Below, one piece after another: positions 35,898 through 41,207 of a stretch of 41,207 nt of DNA. The position numbers were made by a program, and so were the translations under genes. Source of the stretch: Firmicutes bacterium HGW-Firmicutes-10 (GTDB lineage: Bacteria; Bacillota_I; Bacilli_A; Erysipelotrichales; Erysipelotrichaceae); NCBI GenBank assembly GCA_002841605.1, contig PHAF01000001.1, forward strand, positions 1 to 41,207, given 5' to 3'. The notes under the pieces are model-generated. The model had not been told where the DNA came from and did no database searches. It saw nothing but the letters and a program-made list of their open reading frames with translations. Every line of letters begins with the position of its first letter. Positions within the stretch are counted from its first letter, which is position 1.

Positions 35898-36542
35898 TCA
35901 TTCGTTTAAGCCCAGTCTTTTTACAAGCGGGGTAAACCTCGGTATAAACCAGGCAATCATAGGACCAAACAAGAGCATACCAATGACCGTGCCTTCCCTG
36001 ATAGGGATCGGGTTTTTAAAAGATATCGCGATTACGAGTGCACCAATGATCGAAAAGACATCGACCAGTTGACGGATCGTACCAAACTTCAATTTTGTTT
36101 TGGTTGATATGGCCATACACGCGGCTTCAAGGGGAAAACTTAGAAAGTTGATTGACATGATCAAGGCTACAGCCATGATGATAACAAGCAATGAACCTAA
36201 ATAAATCAGCATGTTAATGATATAGCTGTCAATGATCACACCGCCCAACACTTCATAAAATACGATGTTAACGAAAAAGCCGAGCAGGATGGCCATAAAT
36301 ATCTGAAGGAAAGACAATAACTTAAAATCTTTCTTCAAAATGACCAATTGGACAAGCACGCAACTTAAATTCATCATCATTGAAAATGTACCGACTTTAA
36401 TACCGATGACTGTAGAAGTTGCTTGACTGAAAGCATCCCAGGCACCGACACCGACTGCGGCTTTTAATCCCAGTGCCACACCGGTTGCTGCTACAACTAT
36501 GAAAAAAGCGGTAAACAGACTTTTTTTGATAAACAACGACAT
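35898..36542 (-). CDS. YczE/YitT-like polytopic membrane protein
   Basis: 214 aa, about 6 TM. The N-terminus LFTAFFIVVAATGVALGLKAAVGVGAWDAF resembles the YczE/YitT family. Confidence 0.6.
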   Translation of the reverse strand: MSLFIKKSLFTAFFIVVAATGVALGLKAAVGVGAWDAFSQATSTVIGIKVGTFSMMMNLSCVLVQLVILKKDFKLLSFLQIFMAILLGFFVNIVFYEVLGGVIIDSYIINMLIYLGSLLVIIMAVALIMSINFLSFPLEAACMAISTKTKLKFGTIRQLVDVFSIIGALVIAISFKNPIPIREGTVIGMLLFGPMIAWFIPRFTPLVKRLGLNE

Positions 36543-36636
36543 TTTTTATCCCCATACTTTCTGCTTTTCAAATACATGTTTCAATATAACACAAATTTGC
36601 GATTGATTATAGTCGTTTGACATCAATCCCAAAATT

Positions 36637-37125
36637 TCATCTTTTGACTTTAGAGTCTTTTTGACTTAAGTCTAAACCAAAGTAAACTGCTTCACTGATC
36701 GGATTGTGATAGTAAGCAGCAATCTGACTGAATTCCAATTTGCGATACAGGTTCATCGCCGGAGTCATCGTTGATAAAGTATCCAGCAGAATCTCTTGAT
36801 ATCCGATTTGCCGGGCATCATCGATCACCTTCGAAGACAACTGCTGACCCAAACCAAGATGCCGGAATTTTTCGCGGATAAACAACCGCTTCAACTCACA
36901 ACGTGTATCATCAAATCTGCGTAAACCAATGCATCCGGCAACTTCACTATCAACATAAGCGATATATAACCGGCCATCATCCAGTGCATACTTATCCGGC
37001 AAGTTCGCAAGTTCCTTTTCAAAGGCTTGAAACTGTAAATCAATGTCAAGAGAATCTGCGTATTCTCTAAAAAGAGTGCGGATAATGTCTAGTTTATCAT
37101 AAGCATATTCTATGGTTATGTTCAT
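36637..37125 (-). CDS. GNAT-family N-acetyltransferase
   Basis: The acetyl-CoA motif is LFIREKFRHLGLGQQL (R/Q-x-x-G-x-G/A); 162 aa. Confidence 0.85.
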   Translation of the reverse strand: MNITIEYAYDKLDIIRTLFREYADSLDIDLQFQAFEKELANLPDKYALDDGRLYIAYVDSEVAGCIGLRRFDDTRCELKRLFIREKFRHLGLGQQLSSKVIDDARQIGYQEILLDTLSTMTPAMNLYRKLEFSQIAAYYHNPISEAVYFGLDLSQKDSKVKR

Positions 37126-37322
37126 GAGTCAGTCCTCGCTGTGATGAATCATATTTTACCATTGTTTCAAATGTCATACAAGCAAGCAGGCAGTTATCTT
37201 GAAGACAAGCAGAAAACACAGCAGAAAAAGATTTTAGCATCAAAAAAACGATTCAAAGAGCGAGGATTGCTATATAATAAAGACAGATAATGACGGTTGA
37301 CCGTTGAGAAAGAGGGAAATGT

Positions 37323-37844
37323 ATGGTCCTTCGAATCTATCCGCAGTTTTCCTTATGCGGACTCAATTGTGTCTTGTGTCCGCGCTACAATACCGAAGGC
37401 GCATCCCGTTGTCCGGGTTGCGGTGCAGATGGTTTCAGTGAATCACATCCGGTTTGTTCCATCATGTCATGCAATAAAAAGAAGGATAATGTTGCCTTCT
37501 GTTTTGAGTGTTCAAGTTATCCGTGCATACGATACCAAAATGATGAGAAAGATTCGTTTATCAGTTACATTAATCGATCCAAAGACATGGAGATGGCAAA
37601 AACAGATTTAGATGGCTATTTAGAGGTTCTTAATGAAAAAAGTCAAATGTTGAGATACTTGCTTGAAAATCATAATGATGGAAGAAGCAAAAACTTTTAC
37701 TGTCTTGCGGTCAATTTACTGGAGGCAGAAGACTTGCGTGAAGCGTATCAAAGGATAAGGGAATCCACGGATACGGTCACAACGAGGAGTATCTTGACTC
37801 AAATCGCCAAAGAGCGTGGCATTTCAATATCCTTGAGGAAATAG
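37323..37844 (+). CDS. Cys-rich DUF3795-like protein
   Basis: The Cys pattern is CGLNCVLCPRY...RCPGC...CSIMSCNKKK..AFCFECSSYPC. RBS is AGAGGGA. Confidence 0.6.
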   Translation: MVLRIYPQFSLCGLNCVLCPRYNTEGASRCPGCGADGFSESHPVCSIMSCNKKKDNVAFCFECSSYPCIRYQNDEKDSFISYINRSKDMEMAKTDLDGYLEVLNEKSQMLRYLLENHNDGRSKNFYCLAVNLLEAEDLREAYQRIRESTDTVTTRSILTQIAKERGISISLRK

Positions 37845-37856
37845 AGGAGGGATCTT

Positions 37857-38834
37857 ATGCAAGAAAGCCCATTTATGGAGTATCTGAAGAAAATTGGTTG
37901 CAGCGAGAATTCGATCAAATATTCAATCAAAGTAATATCTGAGTTTGAGTGTTATCTAAAAAAAGAACATCTGGATTTTGAATCGTTAAATCAAAGTGAA
38001 ATCGAAAGATATCTGGACTATCTGATCGATCGTAACGAGGATGATCTTGACCGATTAATCGCACTGGCCCGCTACGGCCGACACCATCACCAAATGGCTT
38101 TGCTTACCGCGATGCTCGCTCTTTTGGATGGTGGTGAAGTCATGGGCAACTTTCATAAAGCACTAAAAGAACATTTAGGCGACGGGATAACAAACATGAT
38201 TTTCGAAGGGATCGAACTGCCGTCTTGGGGAACGGATAACCGAAAAAAGGCTCGAATGATGCAAATCGTGATGGAACGATTAAAAAACAATGTTGATAAA
38301 GAAAAATGGCAGCCCATCCTGCTTCAATGCCTTCGGGATCTTCCCGATGCGATGTATTCAAAGCAAGTTCAGCTGTTTCATCAATGTAAAGACGTCGAAG
38401 AATATCTTGATAAAAGGAAAGAGCATTTTCTTGATGAGATGCGCAGATTGAATCAAAGCGGGCAACTTTATTTCGGTCAGCCCATCACCTATTCGGTATT
38501 GCAGTTTCTGGAGAATAACGATCTTATCAGCCGGGGGATCATCAAAGAAGGGAAACTTCACATCGTTAAGATACCCTATATGACCGATGATTGGTTGCAT
38601 GCTCAAAGTGAAGAAGAAAAGCGATACTTATATTGTCATTGTCCATGGGCAAGGGAGTCGATTCAGTCAAACAGCGGGATAAAGATGGTTTCACCTGAGT
38701 TCTGTGCGTGCAGTGCAGGGTTTGTCAAAAAACCGTTTGAACTCATTTATAAACAAAAAATTGAAGTTGACATCCTACAGACCATTTTAAATGGAGATGA
38801 TGTCTGTGAGTTTGCGATTCACTTACCAAAATAA
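37857..38834 (+). CDS. Hypothetical protein (325 aa) with a C-terminal Cys cluster
   Basis: RBS GAGGAGGG, 12 nt after the upstream stop. The C-terminus is YCHCPWARES...FCACSAGF...DDVCEF. I recognise no family. Confidence 0.6.
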   Translation: MQESPFMEYLKKIGCSENSIKYSIKVISEFECYLKKEHLDFESLNQSEIERYLDYLIDRNEDDLDRLIALARYGRHHHQMALLTAMLALLDGGEVMGNFHKALKEHLGDGITNMIFEGIELPSWGTDNRKKARMMQIVMERLKNNVDKEKWQPILLQCLRDLPDAMYSKQVQLFHQCKDVEEYLDKRKEHFLDEMRRLNQSGQLYFGQPITYSVLQFLENNDLISRGIIKEGKLHIVKIPYMTDDWLHAQSEEEKRYLYCHCPWARESIQSNSGIKMVSPEFCACSAGFVKKPFELIYKQKIEVDILQTILNGDDVCEFAIHLPK

Positions 38835-38862
38835 AGACGAGGATTAAACCTCGTCCTTTTTA
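38833..38862. terminator. Bidirectional terminator between convergent genes
   Basis: GACGAGG-attaaa-CCTCGTC with a flanking A-run and T-run. Confidence 0.75.
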
Positions 38863-39693
38863 TTCTTCATCATCTCTTAGAATGTATTGTATGACAAGCG
38901 ATCCAGGGCCGCCATGGGTTATCATGGCCGGAGCCAACAATAGCGTTTCAATATCCGCATTATGAATTTTCTCTTTGATCTGTTCGATGGCCATAGTCAC
39001 ACTTTCCATACTGAAGGCATGAGCGATGTAAATCCGGTGTTTGTCATTGACGCCTCGCTTGATCAAATCATCCACGACTGCCTTGATAGCCGCATGTATG
39101 GTGCGGGCGACACCAAAACGTTCAATCCGCTGGCGGTCACTGGATTGCGCCATGATGGGTTTTAATTGAAGGAAACTGCCTAAAATTGCTGCCGCAGGAG
39201 TCAATCTTCCCGAACGTTTGAGAAATTCAAAATTAACAGGCATCACGTATGACTGCGTTTCCTTCAGACAGGCATTCAAACGATTAATGATCGTGGTTTT
39301 GTCATATTTCTCTTTGAGTCGCGCAGCCAGTTGTGTCAGATAGCGATTGACACCCGCAACCGACTGAGAGTCAAACACCGTGACATAATCAATGTCCATA
39401 CTTTTTGCTACCCCGCTAGCCATATCAAAAGCAGAGCTTAATCCTCTACCGGTGGTGATATGCAGAGTATCGGTGTTTTCTTCTTCATAGGCGACCATGA
39501 TATCGCCGGTTGAAGGTTGTGAGGTTTGCGGATGATGATCCTTAATCAACTCAATAAACTGACTGGAGTCAATATCCAAATAGTCTTTATAAGTCGTTTC
39601 ACCAATCATGACTTGATTAGCCACCAGTCGAACATTTAGTGCGGCAGCTTCCTCTATGGATAAGTGACAGGTCGTGTCGGAAATGATTCTCAT
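38860..39693 (-). CDS. DegV-family fatty-acid-binding protein
   Basis: 277 aa. The N-terminus is IISDTTCHLS and the TSQPSTGD motif is present. RBS is AGGAGGTG. Confidence 0.9.
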   Translation of the reverse strand: MRIISDTTCHLSIEEAAALNVRLVANQVMIGETTYKDYLDIDSSQFIELIKDHHPQTSQPSTGDIMVAYEEENTDTLHITTGRGLSSAFDMASGVAKSMDIDYVTVFDSQSVAGVNRYLTQLAARLKEKYDKTTIINRLNACLKETQSYVMPVNFEFLKRSGRLTPAAAILGSFLQLKPIMAQSSDRQRIERFGVARTIHAAIKAVVDDLIKRGVNDKHRIYIAHAFSMESVTMAIEQIKEKIHNADIETLLLAPAMITHGGPGSLVIQYILRDDEE

Positions 39694-39753
39694 AACAACA
39701 CCTCCTATATAACTATCGTATCACTAAAACACAGAAATAAAAGTAAATTAAAG

Positions 39754-39781
39754 AAAAAAGTCTGCCCAGGCAGACCTTTTA
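39754..39781. terminator. Intrinsic terminator after rluF (bidirectional shape)
   Basis: GTCTGC-ccag-GCAGAC flanked by A6 and T4. Confidence 0.7.
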
Positions 39782-39785
39782 TTGC

Positions 39786-40508
39786 TTATTGTGATTGATT
39801 CTCAAGCAGATTCATCAGCTGATCGACTTCTTGATCGCTAAGTTGACGCCATTCGCCTTTTTTAAGATTACCAAGCTGGAAATTCATGACGCGCATCCTT
39901 TTCAGACGGACTACATGATAACCCAAAGCAGAGCACATCCGACGTATCTGACGATTCAGTCCCTGATTGAGGACAATGATAAAAGTTGTGTCATTGACGA
40001 TTTTTACCCGACAGGGTAAAGTCGTCGTCATCTCGCTTCGAACAGGATTGTAAATCTGTACTCCCGACTCCATTTTTTTCTTAAAGTCCGGTTTGATCGA
40101 AGAGGAAAGATGTACGATGTATTCTTTTTCATGTGCATTCTCAGCGCGCAAAATCTTATTGACAATACTGCCATCACTGGTAAGCAGAATCAATCCTTCA
40201 CTGTCCTTATCCAATCGACCGATCGGAAATACCCGCACCGGATAGTTGATAGCTTCAATGATGTTGCCTTTGACATCCGCCTCACTTGTACAGGTGATTC
40301 CCACGGGTTTATAGTAAAGCAAGGTCACATGCTTTTCTTTGGACTTTATCTCAACACCATCGACCAAAACGACGTCTTTTTCATCGACTTTCATTCCGAC
40401 GACTGCCAAAACACCGTTGACCGTAACCCGGCCATCGATGATCCACTGATCGGCATCCCGCCGTGAACAAAGACCGCTGGCACTAATGTAGTTATTTAAT
40501 CGTTGCAT
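39786..40508 (-). CDS. rluF: RsuA/RluF-family rRNA pseudouridine synthase (S4 domain + catalytic domain)
   Basis: Start is ATG 40508 (AGAGG upstream). The S4 domain is RLNNYISASGLCSRRDADQWI. The catalytic motif is GRLDKDSEGLILLT. Confidence 0.8.
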   Translation of the reverse strand: MQRLNNYISASGLCSRRDADQWIIDGRVTVNGVLAVVGMKVDEKDVVLVDGVEIKSKEKHVTLLYYKPVGITCTSEADVKGNIIEAINYPVRVFPIGRLDKDSEGLILLTSDGSIVNKILRAENAHEKEYIVHLSSSIKPDFKKKMESGVQIYNPVRSEMTTTLPCRVKIVNDTTFIIVLNQGLNRQIRRMCSALGYHVVRLKRMRVMNFQLGNLKKGEWRQLSDQEVDQLMNLLENQSQ

Positions 40509-40560
40509 AGATACCTCTTTCGATACTTGTACAGTATACATTAAAAACGATCAAAGTTAA

Positions 40561-40585
40561 GAAAAAATGCACGGTTGTGCATTTA
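40561..40585 (-). terminator. Intrinsic terminator after the aldehyde dehydrogenase gene
   Basis: The minus strand reads AAATGCAC-aacc-GTGCATTT followed by a T-run. The stem overlaps the stop codon. Confidence 0.65.
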
Positions 40586-41207
40586 GAAAGCTTCAGATAT
40601 CGTTTTTCCTTGCATATGCAAAATCAGATAATCCGGTCCACCGGCCTTCGAATCCGTCCCACTCATGTTGAAACCGCCAAAAGGCTGATAACCGACGATC
40701 GCACCGGTACACTTACGATTGAAATACAGATTGCCGACATGGAATTCGTTACGGGCTTTCTCCAGATTCATCCGATTGTTTGAGATGACTGCACCCGTTA
40801 ATCCATATTCAGTGTTATTCGCAACCTTCAACGCTTCATCAAAGTCCTTGACCTTACAGACAGCCAAAATCGGCCCAAAAATCTCTTCTTGCATCAAACG
40901 TGAATCCGATGCGACATCGACGTAAATCGTCGGGTCGATAAACCAGCCCTTCGATCCATCGGCTTTACCGCCAGTGACACAACGTCCTTCGGCCTCTCCG
41001 ACTTCGAAGTAAGAAGTAATCTTATCAAAAGCATTTTTATCATTGACCGGACCCACGAAAGTATTTTTATCCTCAGGATTGCCAACTTTCATTGCCTTGG
41101 TTATTTCGACCATTTTACTTACGACTTCATCATAAACATCTTCCACGATAATTGCTCGTGAACAAGCACTGCACTTTTGACCGCTAAAGCCAAAGGCGGA
41201 CTTGACG
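40583..41207 (-). CDS. rocA: 1-pyrroline-5-carboxylate (L-glutamate gamma-semialdehyde) dehydrogenase, C-terminal part (5' end is outside the window)
   Basis: The frame is open to the window edge (…[21 protein letters not shown], containing the catalytic Cys). EEIFGPIL is present. The C-terminus [40 protein letters not shown] is typical of RocA/PutC. Confidence 0.85.
   Translation of the reverse strand, partial: VKSAFGFSGQKCSACSRAIIVEDVYDEVVSKMVEITKAMKVGNPEDKNTFVGPVNDKNAFDKITSYFEVGEAEGRCVTGGKADGSKGWFIDPTIYVDVASDSRLMQEEIFGPILAVCKVKDFDEALKVANNTEYGLTGAVISNNRMNLEKARNEFHVGNLYFNRKCTGAIVGYQPFGGFNMSGTDSKAGGPDYLILHMQGKTISEAF

Noticed and set aside
1-41207. CRISPR arrays, rRNA genes, prophage or integrative elements, toxin-antitoxin or known defence systems
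   Set aside because: I saw no regularly spaced direct repeats, no rRNA-like sequence, and no integrase, recombinase or phage structural genes. The only mobile element is the IS3 copy. No recognisable defence gene architecture is present.

Overview
This is a 41.2-kb AT-rich chromosomal segment from a low-GC monoderm-type bacterium. It uses the standard genetic code, since TGA, TAA and TAG all end full-length conserved genes. Most of the window is housekeeping or metabolic. Left to right it holds a partial DbpA-type DEAD-box helicase and an IS3-family insertion sequence. An mgsA-patatin operon and a monocistronic heliorhodopsin gene follow, the latter divergent from selO-rbsK. Next come flotillin, a leader-regulated secreted protein of unknown family, a GT2 glycosyltransferase and a DUF2238 membrane protein. 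A pseudouridine salvage pair (psuK-psuG) sits with nagB and an ADP-ribosylglycohydrolase, followed by a membrane-anchored GDPD. A hypothetical gene is interrupted by an in-frame TGA that lies inside a 17-bp palindrome. lplA-pdhABCD, a small P-loop protein and divergent tRNA-Leu(CAA)/tRNA-Ser(GGA) come next. A four-gene cell-surface operon encodes a transglutaminase/MucBP protein, a lipoprotein, an MBOAT and a DHHW/AlgX-like acetyltransferase. A tightly coupled three-gene redox operon follows (CrtI/RetSat-like flavoprotein, SnoaL-like protein, retinol-dehydrogenase-like SDR). The window ends with YczE-like, GNAT, a DUF3795 plus Cys-rich pair, DegV, RluF and partial RocA. I saw no rRNA, CRISPR array, prophage or recognisable defence system. 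The most interesting items are the heliorhodopsin with no nearby chromophore pathway, and the distant redox operon that might act on retinoids or isoprenoids. Also notable are the terminator-containing leader of the secreted protein, the palindrome-embedded in-frame stop, and the IS3 copy whose A-tract is one base short of the canonical frameshift layout. All family calls come from motif recognition by eye. No database search was run.
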